Source of the DNA: Eledone cirrhosa
Taxonomy: Eukaryota
DNA length: 64,000 bases
Assembly (NCBI GenBank): GCA_964016885.1
Contig: OZ024764.1
Location: 20,770,001-20,834,000, forward strand
Direction: 5' to 3'
Shown: positions 26,301 to 41,992 of the stretch, piece by piece
How the letters are laid out: each line of letters opens with the position of its first letter
How positions within the stretch are numbered: position 1 is the first letter of the stretch
The notes under the pieces: model-generated
What the model saw: only the letters and a program-made list of their open reading frames with translations
Databases searched by the model: none
What the model was told of the DNA's origin: nothing
Program-made: the position numbers and the translations under genes

Positions 26301-29300
26301 AGTATAATCTAATGTCACTAATAACTACTTTTATCAGTCAGTATAATCTAATGTCACTAATAACTACTTTTATCAGTCAGTATAATCTAATGTCACTAAT
26401 AACTACTTTTATCAGTCAGTATAATCTAATGTCACTAATAACTACTTTTATCAGTCAGTATAATCTAACGTCACTAATAACTACTTTTATCAGTCAGTAT
26501 AATCTAATCTCACTAATAACTACTTTTATCAGTCAGTTCAATCTAATGTCACTAATAACTACTTTTATCAGTCAGTATAATCTAATGCCACTAATAACTA
26601 CTTTTATCAGTCAGTATAATCTAATGTCACTAATAACTACTTTTATCAGTCAGTATAATCTAATGTCACTAATAACTACTTTTATCAGTCAGTATAATCT
26701 AATGTCACTAATAACTACTTTTATCAGTCAGTATAATCTAATGTCACTAATAACTACTTTTATCAGTCAGTTTAATCTAATGTCACTAATAACTACTTTT
26801 ATCAGTCAGTATAATCTAATGTCACTAATAACTACTTTTATCAGTCAGTATAATCTAATCTCACTAATAACTACTTTTATCAGTCAGTATAATGTAATGT
26901 CACTAATAACTACTTTTATCAGTCAGTTTAATCTAATCTCACTAATAACTACTTTTATCAGTCAGTTTAATCTAATGTAACTAATAACTACTTTTATCAG
27001 TCAGTATAATCTAATCTCACTAATAACTACTTTTATCAGTCAGTTTAATCTAATCTCACTAATAACTACTTTTATCAGTCAGTTTAATCTAATCTCACTA
27101 ATAACTACTTTTATCAGTCAGTATAATCTAATCTCACTAATAACTACTTTTATCAGTCAGTATAATCTAATGTCACTAATAACTACTTTTATCAGTCAGT
27201 TTAATCTAATCTCACTAATAACTACTTTTATCAGTCAGTTTAATCTAATCTCACTAGTAACTACTTTTATCAGTCAGTTCAATCTAATGTCACTAATAAC
27301 TACTTTTATCAGTCAGTATAATCTAATTTCACTAATAACTACTTTTATCAGTCAGTATAATCTAATGTCACTAATAACTACTTTTATCAGTCAGTATAAT
27401 CTAATGTCACTAATAACTACTTTTATCAGTAAGTATAATCTAATCTCACTAATAACTACTTTTATCAGTCAGTTCAATCTAATGTCACTAATAACTACTT
27501 TTATCAGTCAGTATAATCTAATTTCACTAATAACTACTTTTATCAGTCAGTATAATCTAATGTCACTAATAACTACTTTTATCAGTCAGTATAATCTAAT
27601 GTCACTAATAACTACTTTTATCAGTCAGTATAATCTAATGTCACTAATAACTACTTTTATCAGTCAGTTTAATCTAATCTCACTAATAAATACTTTTATC
27701 AGTCAGTATAATCTAATCTCACTAATAACTACTTTTATCAGTCAGTATAATCTAATGTCACTAATAACTACTTTTATCAGTCAGTTTAATCTAATCTCAC
27801 TAATAACTTCTTTTATCAGTCAGTTTAATCTAATGTAACTAATAACTACTTTTATCAGTCAGTATAATCTAATCTCACTAATAACTACTTTTATCAGTCA
27901 GTTTAATCTAATCTCACTAATAACTACTTTTATCTGTCAGTTTAATCTAATATAACTAATAACTACTTTTATCAGTCAGTTTAATCTAATCTCACTAATT
28001 ACTTTTATCAGTCAGTTTAATCTAATCTCACTAATAACTACTTTTATCAGTCAGTATAATCTAATGTCACTAATAACTACTTTTATCAGTCAGTATAATC
28101 TAATCTCACTAATAACTACTTTTATCAGTCAGTATAATCTAAAGTCACTAATAACTACTTTTATCAGTCAGTATAATCTAATGTCACTAATAACTACTTT
28201 TATCAGTCAGTTTAATCTAAAGTCACTAATAACTACTTTTATCAGTCAATATAATCTAATGTCACTAATAACTACTTTTATCAGTCAGTATAATCTAATG
28301 TCACTAATAACTACTTTTATCTGTCAGTATAATCTAAAGTCACTAATAACTACTTTTATCAGTCAATATAATCTAATGTCACTAATAACTACTTTTATCA
28401 GTCAGTATAATCTAATGTCACTAATAACTACTTTTATCAGTCAATATAATCTAATGTCACTAATAACTACTTTTATCAGTCAGTTTAATCTAATGTCACT
28501 AATAACTACTTTTATCAGTCAATATAATCTAATGTCACTAATAACTACTTTTATCAGTCAGTTTAATCTAAAGTCACTAATAACTACTTTTATCAGTCAG
28601 TATAATCTAATGTCACTAATAACTACTTTTATCAGTCAATATAATCTAATGTCACTAATAACTACTTTTATCAGTCAGTATAATCTAATGTCACTAATAA
28701 CTACTTTTATCTGTCAGTATAATCTAAAGTCACTAATAACTACTTTTATCAGTCAATATAATCTAATGTCACTAATAACTACTTTTATCAGTCAGTATAA
28801 TCTAATGTCACTAATAACTACTTTTATCAGTCAATATAATCTAATGTCACTAATAACTACTTTTATCAGTCAGTTTAATCTAATGTCACTAATAACTACT
28901 TTTATCAGTCAATATAATCTAATGTCACTAATAACTACTTTTATCAGTCAGTATAATCTAATGTCACTAATAACTACTTTTATCTGTCAGTATAATCTAA
29001 AGTCACTAATAACTACTTTTATCAGTCAATATAATCTAATGTCACTAATAACTACTTTTATCAGTCAGTTTAATCTAATGTCACTAATAACTACTTTTAT
29101 CAGTCAGTATAATCTAATGTCACTAATAACTACTTTTATCAGTCAGTTTAATCTAATGTCACTAATAACTACTTTTATCAGTCAGTATAATCTAATGTCA
29201 CTAATAACTACTTTTATCAGTCAGTTTAATCTAATGTCACTAATAACTACTTTTATCAGTCAGTTTAATCTAATCTCACTAATAACTACTTTTATCAGTC

Positions 29301-32300
29301 AGTTCAATCTAATGTCACTAATAACTACTTTTATCAGTCAGTATAATCTAATTTCACTAATAACTACTTTTATCAGTCAGTATAATCTAATGTCACTAAT
29401 AACTACTTTTATCAGTCAGTATAATCTAATGTCACTAATAACTACTTTTATCAGTAAGTATAATCTAATCTCACTAATAACTACTTTTATCAGTCAGTTC
29501 AATCTAATGTCACTAATAACTACTTTTATCAGTCAGTATAATCTAATTTCACTAATAACTACTTTTATCAGTCAGTATAATCTAATGTCACTAATAACTA
29601 CTTTTATCAGTCAGTATAATCTAATGTCACTAATAACTACTTTTATCAGTCAGTATAATCTAATGTCACTAATAACTACTTTTATCAGTCAGTTTAATCT
29701 AATCTCACTAATAACTACTTTTATCAGTCAGTATAATCTAATCTCACTAATAACTACTTTTATCAGTCAGTATAATCTAATGTCACTAATAACTACTTTT
29801 ATCAGTCAGTTTAATCTAATCTCACTAATAACTTCTTTTATCAGTCAGTTTAATCTAATGTAACTAATAACTACTTTTATCAGTCAGTATAATCTAATCT
29901 CACTAATAACTACTTTTATCAGTCAGTTTAATCTAATCTCACTAATAACTACTTTTATCTGTCAGTTTAATCTAATATAACTAATAACTACTTTTATCAG
30001 TCAGTTTAATCTAATCTCACTAATTACTTTTATCAGTCAGTTTAATCTAATCTCACTAATAACTACTTTTATCAGTCAGTATAATCTAATGTCACTAATA
30101 ACTACTTTTATCAGTCAGTATAATCTAATCTCACTAATAACTACTTTTATCAGTCAGTATAATCTAAAGTCACTAATAACTACTTTTATCAGTCAGTATA
30201 ATCTAATGTCACTAATAACTACTTTTATCAGTCAGTTTAATCTAAAGTCACTAATAACTACTTTTATCAGTCAATATAATCTAATGTCACTAATAACTAC
30301 TTTTATCAGTCAGTATAATCTAATGTCACTAATAACTACTTTTATCTGTCAGTATAATCTAAAGTCACTAATAACTACTTTTATCAGTCAATATAATCTA
30401 ATGTCACTAATAACTACTTTTATCAGTCAGTATAATCTAATGTCACTAATAACTACTTTTATCAGTCAATATAATCTAATGTCACTAATAACTACTTTTA
30501 TCAGTCAGTTTAATCTAATGTCACTAATAACTACTTTTATCAGTCAATATAATCTAATGTCACTAATAACTACTTTTATCAGTCAGTATAATCTAATGTC
30601 ACTAATAACTACTTTTATCTGTCAGTATAATCTAAAGTCACTAATAACTACTTTTATCAGTCAATATAATCTAATGTCACTAATAACTACTTTTATCAGT
30701 CAGTTTAATCTAATGTCACTAATAACTACTTTTATCAGTCAGTATAATCTAATGTCACTAATAACTACTTTTATCAGTCAGTTTAATCTAATGCCACTAA
30801 TAACTACTTTTATCAGTCAGTATAATCTAATGTCACTAATAACTACTTTTATCTGTCAGTATAATCTAAAGTCACTAATAACTACTTTTATCAGTCAGTA
30901 TAATCTAATGTCACTACTAACTACTTTTATCAGTCAGTATAATCTAATGTCACTAATAACTACTTTTATCAGTCAGTTTAATCTAATGCCACTAATAACT
31001 ACTTTTATCAGTCAGTATAATCTAATGTCACTAATAACTACTTTTATCTGTCAGTATAATCTAAAGTCACTAATAACTACTTTTATCAGTCAGTATAATC
31101 TAATGTCACTAATAACTACTTTTATCAGTCAGTTTAATCTAATGCCACTAATAACTACTTTTATCAGTCAGTTTAATCTAATCTCACTAATAACTACTTT
31201 TATCAGTCAGTTTAATCTAATGTCACTAATAACTACTTTTATCAGTCAGTTTAATCTAATGTCACTAATAACTACTTTTATCAGTCAGTTTAATCTAATC
31301 TCACTAATAACTACTTTTATCAGTCAGTTTAATCTAATGTCACTAATAACTACTTTTATCAGTCAGTTTAATCTAATCTCACTAATAACTACTTTTATCA
31401 GTCAGTTTAATCTAATGTCACTAATAACTACTTTTATCAGTCAGTTTAATCTAATCTCACTAATAACTACTTTTATCAGTCAGTTTAATCTAATGTCACT
31501 AATAACTACTTTTATCAGTCAGTTTAATCTAATCTCACTAATAACTACTTTTATTAGTCAGTTTAATATAATGTCACTAATAACTACTTTTATCAGTCAG
31601 TTTAATCTAATCTCACTAATAACTACTTTTATTAGTCAGTTTAATATAATGTCACTAATAACTACTTTTATCAGTCAGTATAATCTAATCTCACTAATAA
31701 CTACTTTTATCAGTGAGTATAATCTAATGTCACTAATAACTACTTTTATCAGTCAGTTTAATCTAATCTCACTAATAAGTACTTTTATTAGTCAGTTTAA
31801 TATAATGTCACTAATAACTACTTTTATCAGTCAGTATAATCTAATCTCACTAATAACTACTTTTATCAGTCAGTATAATCTAATGTCACTAATAACTACT
31901 TTTATCAGTCAGTTTAATCTAATGTCACTAATAACTACTTTTATTAGTCAGTTTAATATAATGTCACTAATAACTACTTTTATCAGTCAGTTTAATCTAA
32001 TCTCACTAATAACTACTTTTATTAGTCAGTTTAATATAATGTCACTAATAACTACTTTTATCAGTCAGTTTAATCTAATCTCACTAATAACTACTTTTAT
32101 TAGTCAGTTTAATATAATGTCACTAATAACTACTTTTATCAGTCAGTATAATCTAATGTCACTAATAACTACTTTTATCAGTCAGTATAATCTAATGTCA
32201 CTAATAACTACTTTTATCAGTCAGTATAATCTAATGTCACTAATAACTACTTTTATCAGTCAGTATAATCTAATGTCACTAATAACTACTTTTATCAGTC

Positions 32301-35300
32301 AGTATAATCTAATGTCACTAATAACTACTTTTATCAGTCAGTATAATCTAACGTGACTAATAACTACTTTTATCAGTCAGTATAATCTAATCTCACTAAT
32401 AACTACTTTTATCAGTCAGTTCAATCTAATGTCACTAATAACTACTTTTATCAGTCAGTATAATCTAATGCCACTAATAACTACTTTTATCAGTCAGTAT
32501 AATCTAATGTCACTAATAACTACTTTTATCAGTCAGTATAATCTAATGTCACTAATAACTACTTTTATCAGTCAGTATAATCTAATGTCACTAATAACTA
32601 CTTTTATCAGTCAGTATAATCTAATGTCACTAATAACTACTTTTATCAGTCAGTTTAATCTAATGTCACTAATAACTACTTTTATCAGTCAGTATAATCT
32701 AATGTCACTAATAACTACTTTTATCAGTCAGTATAATCTAATCTCACTAATAACTACTTTTATCAGTCAGTATAATGTAATGTCACTAATAACTACTTTT
32801 ATCAGTCAGTTTAATCTAATCTCACTAATAACTACTTTTATCAGTCAGTTTAATCTAATGTAACTAATAACTACTTTTATCAGTCAGTATAATCTAATCT
32901 CACTAATAACTACTTTTATCAGTCAGTTTAATCTAATCTCACTAATAACTACTTTTATCAGTCAGTTTAATCTAATCTCACTAATAACTACTTTTATCAG
33001 TCAGTATAATCTAATCTCACTAATAACTACTTTTATCAGTCAGTATAATCTAATGTCACTAATAACTACTTTTATCAGTCAGTTTAATCTAATCTCACTA
33101 ATAACTACTTTTATCAGTCAGTTTAATCTAATCTCACTAGTAACTACTTTTATCAGTCAGTTCAATCTAATGTCACTAATAACTACTTTTATCAGTCAGT
33201 ATAATCTAATTTCACTAATAACTACTTTTATCAGTCAGTATAATCTAATGTCACTAATAACTACTTTTATCAGTCAGTATAATCTAATGTCACTAATAAC
33301 TACTTTTATCAGTAAGTATAATCTAATCTCACTAATAACTACTTTTATCAGTCAGTTCAATCTAATGTCACTAATAACTACTTTTATCAGTCAGTATAAT
33401 CTAATTTCACTAATAACTACTTTTATCAGTCAGTATAATCTAATGTCACTAATAACTACTTTTATCAGTCAGTATAATCTAATGTCACTAATAACTACTT
33501 TTATCAGTCAGTATAATCTAATGTCACTAATAACTACTTTTATCAGTCAGTTTAATCTAATCTCACTAATAAATACTTTTATCAGTCAGTATAATCTAAT
33601 CTCACTAATAACTACTTTTATCAGTCAGTATAATCTAATGTCACTAATAACTACTTTTATCAGTCAGTTTAATCTAATCTCACTAATAACTTCTTTTATC
33701 AGTCAGTTTAATCTAATGTAACTAATAACTACTTTTATCAGTCAGTATAATCTAATCTCACTAATAACTACTTTTATCAGTCAGTTTAATCTAATCTCAC
33801 TAATAACTACTTTTATCTGTCAGTTTAATCTAATATAACTAATAACTACTTTTATCAGTCAGTTTAATCTAATCTCACTAATTACTTTTATCAGTCAGTT
33901 TAATCTAATCTCACTAATAACTACTTTTATCAGTCAGTATAATCTAATGTCACTAATAACTACTTTTATCAGTCAGTATAATCTAATCTCACTAATAACT
34001 ACTTTTATCAGTCAGTATAATCTAAAGTCACTAATAACTACTTTTATCAGTCAGTATAATCTAATGTCACTAATAACTACTTTTATCAGTCAGTTTAATC
34101 TAAAGTCACTAATAACTACTTTTATCAGTCAATATAATCTAATGTCACTAATAACTACTTTTATCAGTCAGTATAATCTAATGTCACTAATAACTACTTT
34201 TATCTGTCAGTATAATCTAAAGTCACTAATAACTACTTTTATCAGTCAATATAATCTAATGTCACTAATAACTACTTTTATCAGTCAGTATAATCTAATG
34301 TCACTAATAACTACTTTTATCAGTCAATATAATCTAATGTCACTAATAACTACTTTTATCAGTCAGTTTAATCTAATGTCACTAATAACTACTTTTATCA
34401 GTCAATATAATCTAATGTCACTAATAACTACTTTTATCAGTCAGTTTAATCTAAAGTCACTAATAACTACTTTTATCAGTCAGTATAATCTAATGTCACT
34501 AATAACTACTTTTATCAGTCAATATAATCTAATGTCACTAATAACTACTTTTATCAGTCAGTATAATCTAATGTCACTAATAACTACTTTTATCTGTCAG
34601 TATAATCTAAAGTCACTAATAACTACTTTTATCAGTCAATATAATCTAATGTCACTAATAACTACTTTTATCAGTCAGTATAATCTAATGTCACTAATAA
34701 CTACTTTTATCAGTCAATATAATCTAATGTCACTAATAACTACTTTTATCAGTCAGTTTAATCTAATGTCACTAATAACTACTTTTATCAGTCAATATAA
34801 TCTAATGTCACTAATAACTACTTTTATCAGTCAGTATAATCTAATGTCACTAATAACTACTTTTATCAGTCAATATAATCTAATGTCACTAATAACTACT
34901 TTTATCAGTCAGTATAATCTAATGTCACTAATAACTACTTTTATCTGTCAGTATAATCTAAAGTCACTAATAACTACTTTTATCAGTCAATATAATCTAA
35001 TGTCACTAATAACTACTTTTATCAGTCAGTTTAATCTAATGTCACTAATAACTACTTTTATCAGTCAGTATAATCTAATGTCACTAATAACTACTTTTAT
35101 CAGTCAGTTTAATCTAATGTCACTAATAACTACTTTTATCAGTCAGTATAATCTAATGTCACTAATAACTACTTTTATCAGTCAGTATAATCTAATGTCA
35201 CTAATAACTACTTTTATCAGTCAGTATAATCTAATGTCACTAATAACTACTTTTATCAGTCAGTATAATCTAAAGTCACTAATAACTACTTTTATCAGTT

Positions 35301-36809
35301 AGTTTAATCTAATGCCACTAATAACTACTTTTATCAGTCAGTTTAATCTAATGTCACTAATAACTACTTTTATCAGTCAGTTTAATCTAATGTCACTAAT
35401 AACTACTTTTATCAGTCAGTTTAATCTAATGTCACTAATAACTACTTTTATCAGTCAGTTTAATCTAATCTCACTAATAACTACTTTTATCAGTCAGTTT
35501 AATCTAATGTCACTAATAACTACTTTTATCAGTCAGTTTAATCTAATCTCACTAATAACTACTTTTATCAGTCAGTATAATCTAATGTCACTAATAACTA
35601 CTTTTATCAGTCAGTTTAATCTAATGTCACTAATAACTACTTTTATCAGTCAGTATAATCTAATGTCACTAATAACTACTTTTATCAGTCAGTTTAATCT
35701 AATGCCACTAATAACTACTTTTATCAGTCAGTATAATCTAATGTCACTAATAACTACTTTTATCAGTCAGTATAATCTAATGTCACTAATAACTACTTTT
35801 ATCAGTCAGTATAATCTAAAGTCACTAATAACTACTTTTATCAGTCAGTTTAATCTAATGCCACTAATAACTACTTTTATCAGTCAGTTTAATCTAATGT
35901 CACTAATAACTACTTTTATCAGTCAGTTTAATCTAAACTCACTAATAACTACTTTTATCAGTCAGTTTAATCTAATGTCACTAATAACTACTTTTATCAG
36001 TCAGTTTAATCTAAACTCACTAATAACTACTTTTATCAGTCAGTTTAATCTAATGTCACTAATAACTACTTTTATCAGTCAGTTTAATCTAATGTCACTA
36101 ATAACTACTTTTATCAGTCAGTTTAATCTAATGTCACTAATAACTACTTTTATCAGTCAGTTTAATCTAATCTCACTAATAACTACTTTTATCAGTCAGT
36201 TTAATCTAATGTCACTAATAACTACTTTTATCAGTCAGTTTAATCTAAACTCACTAATAACTACTTTTATCAGTCAGTATAATCTAATGTCACTAATAAC
36301 TACTTTTATCAGTCAGTTTAATCTAAACTCACTAATAACTACTTTTATCAGTCAGTATAATCTAATCTCACTAATAACTACTTTTATCAGTCAGTATAAT
36401 CTAATGTCACTAATAACTACTTTTATCAGTCAGTTTAATCTAATGTCACTAATAACTACTTTTATTAGTCAGTTTAATATAATGTCACTAATAACTACTT
36501 TTATCAGTCAGTTTAATCTAATCTCACTAATAACTACTTTTATTAGTCAGTTTAATATAATGTCACTAATAACTACTTTTATCAGTCAGTTTAATCTAAT
36601 CTCACTAATAACTACTTTTATTAGTCAGTTTAATATAATGTCACTAATAACTACTTTTATCAGTCAGTATAATCTAATCTCACTAATAACTACTTTTATC
36701 AGTCAGTATAATCTAATGTCACTAATAACTACTTTTATTAGTCAGTATAATCTAATGTCACTAATAACTACTTTTATCAGTCAGTTTAATCTAATGTCAC
36801 TAATAACTA
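23333..36809. repeat. 39-bp tandem satellite, right arm, with a 5883-bp higher-order duplication
   Basis: Same unit as the left arm. Variant patterns repeat at offset 5883 (ORF starts 24206/30089, 27170/33053, 28064/33947). The array ends at ...TAATAACTA|ACCTATG. Confidence 0.99.
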
Positions 36810-36953
36810 ACCTATGTTAGTCAGCACATTCTTCACCAAAGAAGGCCTTAGTATTTATTACAGCCCATTTATCAATATAGAAATATTATATGAAATTTGT
36901 ACTGATGTATTACAAGTTTCTGAGTATCTTATAATGTTCTTTTCTTATTTCAG

Positions 36954-38883
<1,930 letters not shown>

Positions 38884-39460
38884 CTGTATCAATATCAAAC
38901 TCATTACATCATACTACAACAACAACAACAATTGTGTAGATCCATCATCCTTGCTAAAACTGGGGATAACCTTGTAGGTTTTACCTATCACAGGGATCAT
39001 AAACACCAGGTTTCCATTTTTGAAGCAGTGTTTGAAGATTTTGTGTAAATTAAAGTTTTTCACATTAAACTTTGATTTATTATACTTTAACAGGTAAGAT
39101 ATATATTTGTATTTTTAGTAAAGTTGGGAACTTCTGTAATTTAAACCTGCCAATAAAATGAAAACTTCTGTTGTTGCTAGTCTGACATTGATATTAATTC
39201 TATTGTCCTGTACATTGTCTCAAATATCACAGATTAAACAGATTTTAACAATTTTAACAGGTCTTTTAGATTTCAACTTCTACCTACTGTACTATTCCAT
39301 CACCAAGGCAACATTCATCTGGCTGGCAGCTTACATCAACTACAGATCTCATCAGTGGTTCACAACAGGCTGTCTGAAAGAAACTTCCAGATATCTTCTA
39401 TGTCATAGCTATCAATCTCCTCCTCCTTATCATATGTATCATGTAGAACATCTCTGAGTT

Positions 39461-39945
39461 TATATTTAACAGGGAGATCTTTTACTGTCCCTACCCTTTT
39501 CTCTAGGTTGTCTTGTACCTCTCTCACAGTCCCTCTAGATCTTATATTTAACAGGGAGATCTTTTACTATCTCTAGCCTTTTCTCTAGGTTGTCTTGTAC
39601 CAGTCTCACAGTCCCTCTAGATCTTATATTTAACAGGGATATCTTTTACTGTCCCTACCCTTTTCTCTAGGTTGTCTTGAGCCTCTCACAGTCCCTCTAG
39701 ATCTTATATTTAACAGGGAGATATTTTACTATCCCTACCCTTTTCTCTAGGTGGTGTTGTACCTCTCTCACAGTCCCTCTAGATCTTATATTTAACAGGG
39801 AGATGTTTTACTGTCCCTACCCTTTTCTCTAGGTTGTCTTGTACCTCTCACAGTCCCTGTAGATCTTATATTTAACAGGGAGATCTTTTACTCTCCAACC
39901 CTTCTATCTCCAGATAGTCTTGTATCTGTCAGTCCCTCTAGATAT
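39461..39945. repeat. 80-82-bp minisatellite, ~6 copies
   Basis: TATATTTAACAGGGAGAT at 39461, 39543, 39625, 39705, 39787, 39867; only ~1 copy in the paralog (~60990-61090). Confidence 0.9.
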
Positions 39946-40237
39946 TACACCTAGTATCTAGTCTATGTTGAGTGGTACGTCCTTCTCCAGTAAAGGAGTT
40001 AATATTCCCAACCATCTGTCTATCCTGTTTTCTGATGAGAATGAAGTCAATCTAGTTTATCTCTTCACCTGATTGAAGTAACTAGATCAAGTAACTAGAT
40101 GTTTTCCTGTAAGTTAGTGTTGCAGTGTTTGTGTCACCATGTAAAGTTTATATCTATTAATATAGAGATGTAGTAAAGTTTTCACTGTTGTATCTCTATT
40201 TTCTAAATATCTTAATAATGTTTCTCTACTATTTCAG

Positions 40238-40620
40238 AATATCACATGACCTTGACAGAAAAGAGTCTTTTAAAGACAACAGAAAGATGTTACATTCAAG
40301 TGATATAAACTTGTTTAGTCTGTGGTGAATTATGGTGAAATATTTCTTCTGAATTGAGATAAATAACAACATTTTCCTTTTACACTGTGGAATATTTACA
40401 AGATGATTTTACGTTTTGATTAAACTTTGGATATTTACAAAGGAGTTTTCAAAATATTTGGATATTGACAAAGATGACATTTGATAAAATTATGAACAAT
40501 AGAAATATTTACATCAACATAGGAATATTTTCCAGAAGAGATGGGAAAATCATTATACCACTGTAATATTTGTGGTAAAGTATTCTCTCTTCTTTATATG
40601 TAGAACATCTAACTAAACAC
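40238..40620 (+). pseudogene. Relic ZNF exon: acceptor, diverged 5'UTR and one broken finger
   Basis: TTTCAG|AATATCAC acceptor resembles the one at 36953; shared UTR motifs (GAAATATTTCTT, ATATTGACAAAGATGA). ATG 40541 reads MGKSLYHCNICGKVFSLLYM*, with EHLTKH out of frame. Confidence 0.75.
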
Positions 40621-40729
40621 TTTAATTAACAAACTATTGTGCTATAGAATTGACAAACTTGAGGAATGTTTAATAAATGTTACAGATTTCTCCAAACTCA
40701 TTTACTAACTTTAATTTGAAGCTATATTA

Positions 40730-40915
40730 TCTATATACTACTAAAACTCTGTGATTGTGTCTTGTCTGTAATACAGCTAAAACAGTGCATAATGGGGAAA
40801 TACTTTGAAAAGAATAAAACAAGTTTTGTATAAATTGGGGCACAGGTTCCCAAGAGACGGGGTTTTCTGGGTACCTTGATAAATATAGGGAGAGAAAGAG
40901 ATAGTGGTTGTGAGA
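40730..40915 (+). mobile_element. 5' remnant of a non-autonomous Helitron (3' end lost by deletion)
   Basis: A|TCTATATACTACTAAAA start; paralogous to the complete copy at 61874-62266. Confidence 0.6.
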
Positions 40916-41002
40916 GAAGATATTTCAGTAAGAAGGTTCACATCCTGACATCTATAGCTGTTAACAAGGAGGTTGGAATTCATTATTAAACAAATGTTAT
41001 AC

Positions 41003-41900
41003 CATCATCACTGTTTTACATCAGTTTTTCCACGCTGGAATGGGTTAGACGAGTTATCCTGTTGTAAGCAATGCCAGGTCAGGTGACCACGTGTTGCTCC
41101 TACAAAACCAATTTTGGTTTGGTTTCTACAGCTGGATGACCTTCCTAGCACCAACCTTATTTACATTGATTACTGGGTGCTTTTTACTATCTCACCAACT
41201 CGACCACTTCACAGTGTGGGCTGGGTACTTTTTTACTTTTTGTCATGACACCTACATGACCACTTTACAGTGAGTACTGGGTACTTTTTATCGTGACACC
41301 TACATGACCACTTTACAGTGAGTACTGGGTACTTTTTGTTGTGACACCTACATGACCACTTTACAGTGAGTACTGGGTACTTTTTGTTGTGACACCTACA
41401 TGACCACTTTACCGGGTGGACTGGGTACTTTTTGTTGTCACACTTACATGACCACTTTACAGTGTGGACTGGGTACTTTTTGTCATGACACCTATGTGAC
41501 CACTTTACAGTGTGGACTGGGTACTTTTTGTTGTGACACCTACATGAACACTTTACAGTGTCAATTGGGTACTTTTTGTCGTGACACCGACATGACCACT
41601 TTACAGTGTGGATTGGGTACTTTTTGCCATGACACCTACATGACCACTTTACCGTGAGTACTGGGTACTTTTTGTTGTGACACCTACATGACCACTTTAC
41701 CGGGTGGACTGGGTATTTTTGTTGTCACACTTACATGACCACTTTACAGTGTGGACTGGGTACTTTTTGTCATGACACCTATGTGACCACTTTACAGTGT
41801 GGACTGGGTACTTTTTGTTGTGACACCTACATGACCACTTTACAGTGTGGACTGGCTACTTTTTGTCATGACACCTACACAACCTCTTTACAGTGTTGGC
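41003..41900 (-). mobile_element. Non-autonomous RTE-related/SINE-like element containing a 48-bp minisatellite (~14 copies, ~41203-41895)
   Basis: Reverse complement matches the LINE 3'UTR (GCACCCAG...GGTTGGTGCTAGGAAGG.CATCCAGCTGTAGAAA...GTCTAACCCA...(TGA)n). Unit GACACCTACATGACCACTTTACAGTGTGGACTGGGTACTTTTTGTTGT. Confidence 0.75.
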
Positions 41901-41992
41901 AGCGAAATCTAATGCACCAGCTTCAGTAATCAGAAGATACATAATATACATATATACACACACACACACAAACAAAAATATATATATATATT

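Noticed and set aside
1-36809. CRISPR-like array
   Set aside because: Head-to-tail units with no unique spacers, no cas genes, eukaryotic context.
38-36820. Long ORFs of repeated MSLITTFISQYNL (also 57022-57906)
   Set aside because: The 39-bp unit is a multiple of 3 with one stop-free frame. Stop variants (TAA/TAG/TGA) are freely propagated by the higher-order duplications, so there is no sign of coding constraint.
41400-41929. Cys-rich ORFs DTYMTTLQCGLGTFC (also 62858-63162)
   Set aside because: Translations of the 48-bp minisatellite derived from the RTE 3'UTR.
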